Position numbers and translations under genes: made by a program. This document shows, one piece after another, positions 49,377 through 60,893 of a stretch of 64,000 bases of DNA. The stretch lies in assembly GCF_018350175.1 (NCBI RefSeq), contig NC_058368.1, positions 123,010,001 to 123,074,000 of the forward strand, in the 5' to 3' direction. This stretch comes from Felis catus (Eukaryota). Every line of letters begins with the position of its first letter. Position 1 is the first letter of the stretch. The notes under the pieces are model-generated. The model was not told the DNA's origin. It saw nothing but the letters and a program-made list of their open reading frames with translations, and did not search any database.

Positions 49377-51649
49377 CATTTTATGAGACCAACATTACCC
49401 ATCCACCACGATCAGAAAAAGAAACTACAAGAAAATTACAGATCAATACCCCTCAGAAACATAAACATGAAAATCCCAAAGAAAATACTAGCAGATCAAG
49501 TAAGGCTTATACCTGGCAAGCATAGCTTTTCAGTATTTGAAAATCAATACATGCAGCTTACCATATGGCTAAAGAAGAAAAACCATACAATCATCCTAAT
49601 AAGGACAGAAATAGTTTAACAAAGTTTTTACATGTAGTAAAATTCATTCATTAAATACATATATTCAATTAATATTCATTAAATACATATACCTCTCAGC
49701 GAAGTAGGAATAAAAGGGAAATTCAGCTTGATAGAGAATATCTGTAAAACATCCACAGCCAAAAGTACGTTAATATTGGAAGATGAATGCTTTTTTACTG
49801 AAATTAGGAACAACACAAAGATATCCTTTCTCGTTGCTCCTTTGCAGTATTGCACTAGAGGTTCTTACCAGTCCAATATGGAGGGGAAAATAATTAAACA
49901 TCATACTAATTGGAAAGGGAGAAATAAAACTGTTTCTATTCACAGAAGACATCTATGTAGAAAATCTCAAATAAAATAGAAAAATGCTAGTAGAACTGAC
50001 AAGTTCTTTTAACAAGGTTGTAGGACACAGGTTAACACACAAAAATCACTTACATGTCTCACTACTTGTAAAGAACAAGTGGAAATTGAAATTAAAATAT
50101 GTCATTTCCAATAAGACTAAAAAACAAAATACTCAGGTATAAATCTAATAAAATATTTCATGTTATGTATGCTGATCACTATACAATTTTGTTGAAAGAA
50201 ATAAATTAAAAAAAAGACCAGTATAAACTAAGGGATTTAGTATGTTCGTGGATTGGAATACTAAATATTGCTAAGATGTCAATTCTTTCCAAAGTAGTTT
50301 TATATAGAAACTGACAGTGATTTTAAAATTTACATGTAAAGGCAAAGAATAACTAAAACAATTTTGGGGAAAAACCCACAAAGTTTGAGGAGTCATTCTA
50401 CCTGATTTCAAGGCTTCTATTAAATTCACTAATTAAGACAGTATTATATTGGAGAAAGGATAGACACATTGATGGAACAGAATAGAGTCTAGAAATATAT
50501 TCACACTTATATGATCAACTGATTTTCATCAAAGGTAGAAAAGTCATTCAGTGGAGAAACAGTAGTCTTTTCAATTTTTACTACATGTAAAACTTAAACT
50601 CTAAAATTTCTATAAAATATAGAGGAAAAGCTTTATGTCCTTGAGTTAGACAAAGATTTCTTATATAAAACACCAAAAACATGATCCATAGACACAAAAA
50701 GACATTATCAATAAAAAGTAAAGAGTAGAGAAACCTCACATATAGACACTATCAATAAAAAGACACTATCAATAAAAAGCACAGAGTAGAGAAACCTCAC
50801 ATATCTGTTAAAGGATTTATAGCCAGAATACGTAAATTATTCTCAAAACTAAGTATTAGGAAGATAACATGATTAAAAGGTAAGGACAAAAGATATGAAC
50901 ATATATTTCATCAAAGTAGGTTTGTGGTTGACAGACACTTAAAAAGATACATTCTGCACCATTTGTTGTCAGAGAAATACAAATTAAAAATCACAGTGAG
51001 GTATCACCACCCGCCTAGCTGAATGGCTAAAATTACAAAATAAAAAAACCAAACTGACCATAGTAAGTGCTAGAGACTATACAGATAAACTGGAACACTC
51101 ATGGATTTCTGGAGGAAATGTAAAATAGAAAAATAGTTTTGCAGTTTCTTATAAAATTAAATATATCCTTAAGCATATGACCCAGCAGTCTCATTCCTAG
51201 GTGTATAATAAGTGAAATAAATAATTATGTTCACACAAAAAGCATACATGCCTATTTATAGTGGCCTTACTTGTAATAGCCCCAAACTGGAGACAAAGTT
51301 CTTGAGCAACTGGTGAATGGGTAAACAAATGTGGTGCATTCACAAAAAGAAATACTTCTCAGCACTAATAGGATCAGACTACTGATACATGCAACAGCAT
51401 GGATGAATTTCAAGTGCATTATTCTGAGTGAAACACAAAATGCTGCATACTGTCTAATTCTAATTTCATTTCTATGATATTCTAAAAGAGGCAAAACTCT
51501 AGGGACAGGAAACAGATCTATATATTGAGCAGGTAGGTAATGCCTTCCTCTAAATGGGCTTGGCAGAATTGTTCCGGATGAGGGCCATTTTATGTCATGA
51601 GTATGCTTTGCTTTTTGGCAAAAGACACAGAACTTCATATTAAAAAGTT

Positions 51650-51870
51650 AGGGGCGCATGGGTGGCTCACTGGGTTAAGATTTTGGCTGGGGTCATGATC
51701 TTGCAGTTCGTGGGTTTGAGCCCTGCCTTGGTCTCTATGCTGATAGCTCAGAGCCTGGAGCCTGCTTCGGATTCCGTGTGTGTGTCTCTCTCTCTGCCCT
51801 TCCCCACTCATACTCTGTCTCTTTCTCTCTCTGTCTCTCTCAAAAATAAACATTAAAAATATTTTTAAAA
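51650..51870 (+). mobile_element. Can-SINE nested in the old L1
   Basis: Head, CT tract and tail. Confidence 0.87.
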
Positions 51871-52878
51871 GGTAAATTTAATGTGATTTCACTCATGTGG
51901 AATTTAAGAAACAAAGCAAATGAGCAAAGGGAAAAAAAGAGAGGGGAGGGTGCAAACCAGGAAACAGACTCTTAACTATAGAGAACTGCTAGTTATGGGG
52001 CAGGGGGAGGGGATGGATGGGTGAAGTAGGTGATAGGGATAAAGGAGTACACTTGTGATGAGCACCGCTAAAAAAAAAAAGTAAATAAAAAATAAAAGGG
52101 GTAAATTTAAACTGTATGTAAATTATACCGTAATATCTTAGTACATATAAATTGTACCCTAATAACAGAAAAGAAGCAATAATTATAATAGCTTTCTGGG
52201 TGAAAAATAATCATAATGGCCTTGTAGCAGGAGCAGTTAGAATGTATAGTGAACAGGTAGCTTACATGTGTATTCTAGCTCTGCAGCTAACTTGCTGGGT
52301 GACTTTGGACCCTTCTTTTCCTCTTTCCAGGGCCCAAATGTCTCCATTTTTCCAATGAGATCGTTGAATGGAATAATGACTAGGATGCCTCTAGCCTTGG
52401 CATTCTGGGTTGACTAAAGACGCAGTCTCACCGGTTGCTTTTATATTCCCTCCATCTTTGAGACCAGGCACTTTGACTGAGGTGTGGGCTGGGCCTGTGT
52501 CCTGAGGCATTACCATACATGACAGGTGGGGTGTTGCAGATGTCTAGGGCCAGAGTTAATGTGGCCACCACCCTTTATCCTTCATGCCCTTCCTTCAGCA
52601 AACTGTTTATCGCTGAGCTATGGATAGTTGCCACCAACAGCTACCCAGACCTTCAGGATAAACACAAGAAACCATCTGTCTTGCACACTGATAGGCATCC
52701 TGCTCTCTGTCTCTCTTGATTGAATAGCTCAATACTGTTTAGTCAGAATAATTCTCATTCCTAAGGCCCTCTCCCATGTGAGAACTCATGCATTCCTCAT
52801 AATTACCCTACTTGAAATGTAGGTCAGGATGGGTATAATTATCCTCATTTTGTGAATTGTTAAAAACAAAACAAAACA

Positions 52879-53115
52879 GGGGTGCCTGGGTGGCGCAGTC
52901 GGTTAAGCGTCCGACTTCAGCCAGGTCACGATCTCACCGTCCGTGAGTTCGAGCCCCGCGTCAGGCTCTGGGCTGATGGCTCAGAGCCTGGAGCCTGTTT
53001 CCGATTCTGTGTCTCCCTCTCTCTGGCCCTCCCCCGTTCATGCTCTGTCTCTCTCTGTCCCAAAAATAAAAATTAAAAAAAACAAAACAAAAAACAAAAA
53101 ACAAAACAAAACAAA
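52879..53115 (+). mobile_element. Young SINEC_Fc-type SINE with (AAAAC)n tail
   Basis: Nearly identical to the 28123 and 44307 copies. Confidence 0.92.
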
Positions 53116-54559
53116 CTGACAGCAACAATGAGAAAGTAAACTAAGGTGTGGGCATTATAATTCTTTAATCTAAAATCACTCCACTAGTAAGGGGCAGAAA
53201 TCGGACTTGAACTTAGCTCTACCTGATGTGAAAACCAGTGATAAGAATGCATTTTACTGGGTTCTAGTCTGAAATATGGGAGCCCAGATACTTCTCCTAT
53301 ACTTATCTATCCATTGCTACATTTAATCATTTATCAACAAATCCTTTCTGACCTATACTCAGAAGAGGGGACTTGACATGAGATATGGGCTTGGGAGTCA
53401 TCACTGAAAGATAAAGGATAAAGCCACAGGAACAGATAGGATAATTCAAAGATAGTGGGAAGATTAGAAGAGAAGAGCACTTAACCAGAAGCTTGAGAAA
53501 CATCCACGTTTAAGGGCTCCACAAAGCAAGAAGGCCCTGGAGGAGAAGTTAAGAAAAAGCCACTAGAGTGGCAGGGGGGAAAAAGAAGATATTTAGATGC
53601 TGTGTAAACCAAGGGAAGAGAGGCTTTATGAAAGGGAGAGCTATCTCTGTGTTGGATACTGTTCAGAGATAAGGGTTGGGATGTTTCAAGAATCTAGTGG
53701 AAAGGATGGTCACTTGCCAAAGGGGTACCTATGTAGCAGTTGTGATGAGCCTCACTACCTGGTGTCAGAGACTCAAGGAAGTTGATTCCATGAGAATAAG
53801 CATCTCTCTCAGGACTCTCTCTTACAGTCTCTGTGAAACATGTATTCACAGCCTTCTCCACTTCAGAAAGATATGCAATGCAAAGAGCTTTAATATAAGG
53901 TAGAGTATGATACAATTTTAATCCTCATGTACCCAGGAGAAAGAGAGTACTCACATTCTGCTCTTGCTAGTTCTGTTGCTTCCATCTTAAATGTCCTGTT
54001 GCATTCATCACTGCATGTTATAAAACTGTTTAAAATTCAACATCTCATGTGATTGGGAAGGCCAGAATTATTCTCAAAGGTCTCGTTGAATTCACCGGCT
54101 GCTTAGAACCTCATTCTATTGTCCTCCCAAGTGACATCCAGATTTTACTTTTATATTTCTGAAAAAGAGCAGTCCGCTATTTCTTGGGACAACATAGTGG
54201 GTTCTGCATTGCATAGACCCAGAAGTCAGACAGAACTCAGTTTGGATGCTACTCAACAAATCATATCTTGGATAAGTTATTCAAGCTCTGTAAACTTGAG
54301 ATTTATTATCTATAAAATGGGGATTGTAATACCTAGCTCTCAGACTCATCAAGAGACTCAAATGTAATGATGCATGGAGAGCTAACAGCACAGCCTCTGG
54401 CACAGAGAATATGTTTAAAAAAAAGAGAGAGAGATTTTTTTTTTTTATTGTTTTCTTTTTGACAGCTTTGACTGGTAGAACATGTCTTAGTTGTTTTGGC
54501 CTAAAACATCTCCCTCTAATTCTCAAACATTGGCCCTTGTGTTTGCTCTTGAACCTGAG

Positions 54560-54790
54560 CAGCAGATACAGGAAAGTCTAATCCACTTTCCCATAATAGT
54601 TCTTAACAACATTAAATCATCTGTCTTCTGTGGTAAACATCTCAAGTTCCTCAAACATTCCTCAAAGGCCATGTTTTTAAAGCCCCTCTCCCTCATTGTG
54701 GCTATTTTGTGAATCCATTCTAAGATGTCCCTGTTCCTCCAGAGTGGATATGGTGCCATTTGATCTAAGAGCTGAAGAGTTGTTGATAGC
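54560..54790 (-). mobile_element. Ancient CR1/L3 LINE ORF2 C-terminal relic
   Basis: ORF 54523-54801 segment APYPLWRNRDILEWIHKIATMRERGFKNMAFEECLRNL resembles the CR1 ORF2 tail motif D..LE.VQ.RAT....GL....YEERL..L. Confidence 0.55.
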
Positions 54791-55366
54791 AAAGGCATCA
54801 TTTAGATGTGGGGTTGGAAGTGGAGGCAGGTAGGCAGGTGAAGGGCATTGCTGGCTGAGGAAATAGCGAGCAAAGATATTAGGTGGAACTTGATGGGGTA
54901 CGTTCCAAGATGGCTAATAGTTAAGCTGCAGTGAGGCTGTTGGATGGGAAGTGTTTGGAATTAAGTGTGAGAATATAGATTAGGGGCTCAGATCAGGGAG
55001 AAGCTTAAATGCCTTTTTAATAAATTAGTTCTATTCAGTTGACAATGGAGATTCCTTAATGTTTTTGGAATGAGTGTGAGCCACGAGCAGATAGTCATTT
55101 TGGCACGTTATTCTGAAAGTGTTAGGTATAATAGATGTAAGGGAAATGAGAGAAAAATGGCAATAGTCCTTGAGTGTAAAATCAGAACCTAGGAAGAAAA
55201 GGACAAATGTGAGATCTGTGTTAGCTAGTCATAGGTAGTGTTATAACTTTTCCTGATTCATAGAGTATCGAAATACACTTGACCATTTGTCCATATTGGA
55301 CACATTCATCCATTTAAACAAAAAAAACTTATTAATATCATTTATTTTTACAAAGCATTATTTTTA

Positions 55367-56666
55367 TCTGTCTTTCTCTGTATGACTTATTTCACTTAGC
55401 ATAACACTCTCCAGTTCCATCCACGTTGCCACAAAAGGCCATATTTCATTCCTTCTCATTGCCACATAGTATTCCATTGTGTATATAAACCACAATTTCT
55501 TTATCCATTCATCAGTTGATGGACATTTAGGCTCTTTCCATAATTTGGCTATTGTTGAAAGTGCTGCTATAAACATTGGGGTATAAGTGCCCATACGCTT
55601 CAGTACTCCTGTATCCCTTGGGTAAACTCCTAGCAGTGCTACTGCTGGGTCATAGGGTAGATCTATTTTTAATTTTTTGAGGAACCTCCATACTGTTTTC
55701 CAGAGCGGCTGCACCAGTTTGCTTTCCCACCAACAGTGCAAGAGGGTTTCCGTTTGTCCACATCCTCGCCAGCATCTACAGTCTCCTGATTTGTTCATTT
55801 TAGCCACTCTGAATGGCGTGAGGTGATATCTGAGTGTGGTTTTGATTTGTATTTCCCTGATGAGGAGCAACATTGAGCATCTTCTCATGTGCCTGTTGGC
55901 CATCTGGATGTCTTCTTTAGAGAAGTGTCTATTCATGTTTTGTGCCCATTTCTTCACTGGATTATTTGTTTTTCGGGTGTGGAGTTTGGTGAGCTCTTTA
56001 TAGATTTTGGATACTAGCCCTTTGTGCGATATGTCATTTGCAAATATCTTTTCCCATTCCGTTGGTTGCCTTTTAGTTTTGTTGGTTGTTTCCTTTGCTG
56101 TGCAGAAGCTTTTTATCTTCATGAGGTCCCAATAGTTCATTTTTGCTTTTAATTCCCTTGCCTTTGGGGATGTGTCAAGTAAGAAATTGCTGCGGCTGAG
56201 GTCAGAGAGGTTTTTTCCTGCTTTCTCCTCTAGGGTTTTGACGGTTTCCTGTCTCACATTCAGGTCCTTTATCCATTTTGAGTTTATTTTTGTGAATGGT
56301 GTAAGAAAGTGGTCTAGTTTCATCCTTCTGCATGTTGCTGTCCAGTTCTCTCAGCACCATTTGTTAAAGACACTGTGTTTTTTCCATTGGATATTCTTTC
56401 CTGTTTTGTCAAAGATTAGTTGGCCATACTTTTGTGGGTCTAATTCTGGGCTTTCTATTCTATTCCATTGGTCTATGTGTCTGTTTTTGTGCCAATACCA
56501 TGCTGTCTTGATGATTACAGCTTTGTAGTAACCAGTTGATGGGGTGTAGGAGGGAGGGGTGGGTGAGTGATGGGTATTGAGGAGGGCACCTTTTGGGATG
56601 AGCGCTGGGTGTTGTATGGAAACCAGTTTGACAATAAATTTCATATTTAAAAAAAAGAAAAAAAAC
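55367..56666. mobile_element. Young 5'-inverted L1: ORF2 C-terminus on minus (55367-56530), 3' UTR end and A tail on plus (56531-56666)
   Basis: 319-aa uninterrupted ORF2 segment; direct repeat caaagcattattttta at 55351-55366 and 56667-56682. Confidence 0.93.
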
Positions 56667-57009
56667 CAAAGCATTATTTTTAAGTACCAGGAAATAAGAA
56701 AATAGAAAAAACACTGGGATATAGTAAAGCACTGGGAAAGTACACATTTCTGGGTACTGTGATCAAAAAAGCTTCATAGAACTTGAAGCATTTGAACTTA
56801 TAAGGATAGCTATATTTCAACCAAGTGACAAGAGATAATAAAGCACTAAGGTAAAAAGGACAAAGCAAGCACAGGGAGGTGGAATGACTGAAGTATAATC
56901 AAGGAAAATTTCATTAGGTTAGAGCTACCCTGTCTGATATGGTAGCCATTAGACACATGTGGCCAATTAAATTAAAATTGAGTAAATTAAATTGAATTAA
57001 AAGTTAAAA

Positions 57010-57210
57010 AAATTTTAATGTTTATTTTTGAGAGAGAGAGAGAGCATGAAAGGGGGAGGAGCGGAGAGAGGGAGACTCAGAATCCAAAGCAGGCTCCAGG
57101 CTATGAGCTGTCAGCACAGAACCCGAGGTGGGGCTCGAACCCACAAACTGTTGAGATTATGACCTGAGCCAAAGTCAGACGTTTAATCAACTGAGTCACC
57201 CAGGTGCCCC
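57010..57210 (-). mobile_element. Can-SINE
   Basis: Reverse SINE; aaattgaattaaa duplicated on the flanks. Confidence 0.9.
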
Positions 57211-57429
57211 AAAATTGAATTAAAGATAATTACAGGATTGTTGCAAAGAGTCAACAAGACAAAATGATTGCTGTTTAACATTTTTTCATTAAACAAATAC
57301 TTACGGATATCTTCAACGTGCCAAGCACTGTGCAAGATGCTCAGTAGTTAACAAAACAGAGTCCCTGACCTCAAGTAGCTTACATTGTTTTTGAATCTTG
57401 TGGACCAAACTTATTCCTGTTCTGGATTA

Positions 57430-57546
57430 TAGCAGCATGGTGTTGTAGATAGATAATTGACCTCAAAGGTAAGAATACATACATAGATTGTAGTCCTTGA
57501 TTGCAACAATCAAGTTCATTAATATTTCTAAAACCTCACATAGTTA

Positions 57547-57589
<43 letters not shown>

Positions 57590-57920
57590 TGAGAATGCTT
57601 AAAATCTACTCTCAGCAAATCATGTATTATTATACTCTTACAATACCTTATTATTAACACTAGTCATCGTACTGCACACTGGATCCTCAGAACTTATAAT
57701 TCCAAAGTTTGTGCCCTTTGACCTACATCTTCTCATCTTGACATCCCCTAGCCCCCAGTGACCACCACTGTAATCTCTGTTTTTATGAAATTGACAGGTG
57801 TGTATGCATATATTTAGATTCCACATAAAAAATGATACCATGCAGTATTTGTGTCTCTTCTTCTGGTTTATTTCACTTAGCATAATACCCTCCAGGTTCA
57901 TCCGTGTTGTCGCAAATCAG
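57430..57920 (-). mobile_element. L1 3' UTR fragment containing a (GT)n tract
   Basis: Minus-strand MNLEGIMLSEINQ (L1 ORF2 end) followed by 3' UTR motifs. Confidence 0.78.
57549..57587. repeat. (GT)n microsatellite
   Basis: Direct reading. Confidence 0.97.
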
Positions 57921-57968
57921 TCCTCCTTCTCTGGAATGTACTCTATAAGGCCTTAAACTAGTCATTTC

Positions 57969-58170
57969 TGGGGCGCCAAAGTGGCTCAGTTGGTTAAGTG
58001 TCTGACTTTGGCTCAAGTTATGATCTCATAGTTTGTGAGTTCGAGCCCTGCGTTGGGCTCCGTGCTGTCATTGCAGAGCCCACTTCAGATCCTCTGTCCC
58101 CCTCACTCTTCCCTCCCCGGCTTGTGCTCTCTGTCTCTGTCTCTTAAAATCTTAAAAAAATCTTAAAATG
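57969..58170 (+). mobile_element. Can-SINE
   Basis: Head and body recognisable. Confidence 0.85.
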
Positions 58171-59349
58171 ATAACAACAAACCAACAACAAGTGATTTCT
58201 GCTTTTTGAACATTGCAAATGGGATCTTAAGAATACCAGACCACGTGAACAGATCCCAAAGCGTGCTTCATAGAACACTGAATGTGTGCACTTTATGGAG
58301 GGGATAAAAAAATATAAATGAGGCCAAATAACTTGGGGAACTTATTTCTCTCTTAGGAGATCACAATACGCTTTTACCATATTAAAGGCTTCAAGAAGTG
58401 CCAAGTAAAACACCCATTTAATTTGGCATACTCCCACATTTCTGGTGCTTATTGACAAAGATTCCTTCCTTTCTTTTATGCCTTCCTCCCTTCCCTTCCT
58501 TCTTTCCTTCTTTCTTCCTGTCACAGTAATTTGGGGAGATCTCAGACTGGCTCTCTAAGGCCATTTATGGACATGATAGTTGGTGGATCTATGTTAAAAA
58601 AAAAAAAGTTGGGAGGAAAGGAGGATTTTGCCAAGGGCAGTTCTCTACCGTGGCTGATCAGGATGATTCCCCGTGGTTGTTTGGTTTCCCAAGAGGAAGT
58701 GTTAAGTTTTAATAAAAGGGCAGGGGATGAGGAGCAGGCTTTAGGAGTCTTCTGACATTGAGCAAGTCTCTGGCCCTCAGTTTCTGTGTCTAAGAGAGGG
58801 CGTGGGATAAGCCTGGTGACTCTGTCATGGTCTGGAATGCCTGAGCTGTGTAGGAACCTAAGACAGGAATTGCCTACTTGTGAATGAGGAGAGGGACGTG
58901 TGTTGGCGCCCATGAAGTTCAGAGAGTGTTTTTCTTGTTTGACTTGGAAATGGTGTTTTCCCCAGTGAAAGCTGGGCTTCTTCCCCCAGTGTGAGGATTG
59001 GAGAGTCCTGCATTTGGCTGGAAGAGGGCCTACTGACTTAATTAAGTGCCCAAACCTGCCCCACTTGCTTAGAGTATGGGTTTCAGAAATATGGCCACAA
59101 TCCAGAATGAAGCCCAAAGCTTGTCACAACATGTGTTTTGAGGTTGTCTCTCCTCCCTCATAAAGTTCCCAAGCCTTTGATGTGAAGGAAAGCATTTCTT
59201 ATTATGTTTTAGTTTCTAAAGTTTACTTTCCTGTGTGCTGATATGTAGAAACTGTAGAGGCATGTATATTCTGGTTTAGTGCAGTGGGGAAAGAAGGTAG
59301 ATAGTTACGTACTGACAATTTCAGAAAGAGGGTTTGGCAGATACGAGGC

Positions 59350-59835
59350 ATGGGGAAAAGGGAACTGAGGTAATGGAGTAAAGTCTTCAGGGCACATTCA
59401 AAGGAGAAGTTCTTCTAACCACCTAGATCCAAGACAGAAATGCGCATAGGGACCACACAGAAGGCCCACTTTCTGTGGGGCACAAAGCAGTTTCTAAGAA
59501 CCTGGACTCTGAGGAAGACAAACCCAGAAAAAAAATGTTGAAGGAGGTCATTGAGAGGATGTGACCACGGGCTAACCTTAGAGCTGGACCCAGGCAATTA
59601 GAGGCTCCTCATCCCCCAACCCACTCAGCTGTGTCCTTGAAATATATGTTCTTCCCGTTGTCCACACTAGGAGGCATTTTCAAGGACATGGCCTTGAGAG
59701 AGTAATGTGTTGTTGAGACCATCTGGACTGGACACATGACTGAGCCCCATTAAAAACCTGTGTATAAACTTTTATGATTCTGGCAGATGTGTGTAGAGAT
59801 CTGTTTGTCTTGCTGCCACCCAAGACAAGCCTTGC
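59350..59835 (+). mobile_element. Probable carnivore ERV LTR fragment
   Basis: LTR-like composition with a TATAAA near 59764 followed by gagatctgtttgtcttgctgccacccaagacaagcc. Family not certain. Confidence 0.4.
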
Positions 59836-60009
59836 TTGGGAAAGTTGTTTTAACCTCTCTGAAATCTTGCAAGGTTATGAAGATTAAATGGATGACAAGT
59901 CTATGTACCTGTTATTAATGTCTGCCTTATATAAGACTTCAGTAATTGTAACTGTTATCACCATTAATATAGAATATTGGTGTTCCAGGATACAGACAGA
60001 TTTTTAAGG

Positions 60010-60385
60010 AAAGATACATACCATATGATTTCACTTATACGTGGGATCTAAAAAACAAAACAAAGGAACAAACAAAAAGCAGTATCAGACCTATAAATAC
60101 AGAGAATTGATGGTTGCCAGAGAGGAGGATAGTGGGGGGATGGGCAAAGTAGGTGAAGGGGAGTGGGAGATACAGGCTTCCAGTTACAGAATGAGTAAGT
60201 CACAGGGATAAAAGGTACAGCATAGGGAATGTAGTCAATAGTACTGTAATAGTGTCCTATGGTGACAACTGGTAGTTACATTTGTGGTGAGCGCAGCATA
60301 GTGTATAGACTTGTTGAATCACTCTGAGGTTTACCTGAAACTAACATAACATCGTGTGTCAACGATACTTCAAGAAAAAAATAAA
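60010..60385 (+). mobile_element. L1 3' end fragment
   Basis: aaagatacataccatatgatttcacttatacgtggg...acttcaagaaaaaa is a typical L1 3' terminus. Confidence 0.8.
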
Positions 60386-60389
60386 TGCA

Positions 60390-60620
60390 GGGGCGCCTGG
60401 GTGGCTCCGACGGTTAAGCATCCGACTTCAGCTCAGGTCACGATCTCGCGGTCCATGAGTTCGAGCCCTGCGTCAGGCTCTGGGCTGACAGCTCAGAGCC
60501 TGGAGCCTGCTTCGGATTCTGTGTCTCCCTCTCTGTCTGCCCCTCCCCCGTTCATGCTCTGTCTCTCTCTGTCTCAAAAATAAACTTTAAAAAAAGATTT
60601 AAAAAAAAAAGGAAAAAAAA
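60390..60620 (+). mobile_element. Can-SINE inserted in an L1 tail
   Basis: TSD aaaaaaataaatgca on both flanks. Confidence 0.92.
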
Positions 60621-60831
60621 TAAATGCAAACACATGAAGTTGATAAACTTCAGAGTGGAAAAATAACTTATCCAAAGTGATAGAAAGGTAGATCTAGAAC
60701 CAAGTCCTTCGAGCTCTAAGCCAAATGCTTTTTGCCTCTATGTATTCAGTAAATCTCTACGAAGTAGTATGTGAAGGTCTTCTGAACGGGGAGAGGTGAG
60801 GTGACAAATCCCACGGAGCCCAGGGGACTTG

Positions 60832-60893
60832 CAGTCGGAAATTGAAGTTAAAATCTGGCTCCAGTTGGAAATTGAAGTTAAAATCTGGCTCCA
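60832..60893. repeat. 30-bp tandem duplication
   Basis: cagt(c/t)ggaaattgaagttaaaatctggctc twice, one mismatch. Confidence 0.93.

Larger units (their letters stand above)
46770..52140 (+). mobile_element. Large decayed old L1 (about 5 kb of ORF2 plus 3' UTR) with nested insertions
   Basis: Continuous A-rich degenerate ORF2 homology (e.g. LQENYRSIPLRNINMKIPKKILA at 49365-49619), interrupted by a minus-strand L1, a SINE and a younger L1 tail. Confidence 0.85.

Noticed and set aside
50700..50804. Repeat-spacer-like pattern suggesting a CRISPR array
   Set aside because: Mammalian DNA; an irregular local duplication inside an L1, with no unique spacers and no cas genes.
55364..56323. 319-aa ORF as a host gene
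   Set aside because: It is the C-terminal part of L1 ORF2 inside a TSD-flanked truncated insertion.
58542..59117. 191-aa minus-strand ORF
   Set aside because: Non-ATG start, no recognisable domain, crosses a mononucleotide run, and has no convincing splice or promoter context.
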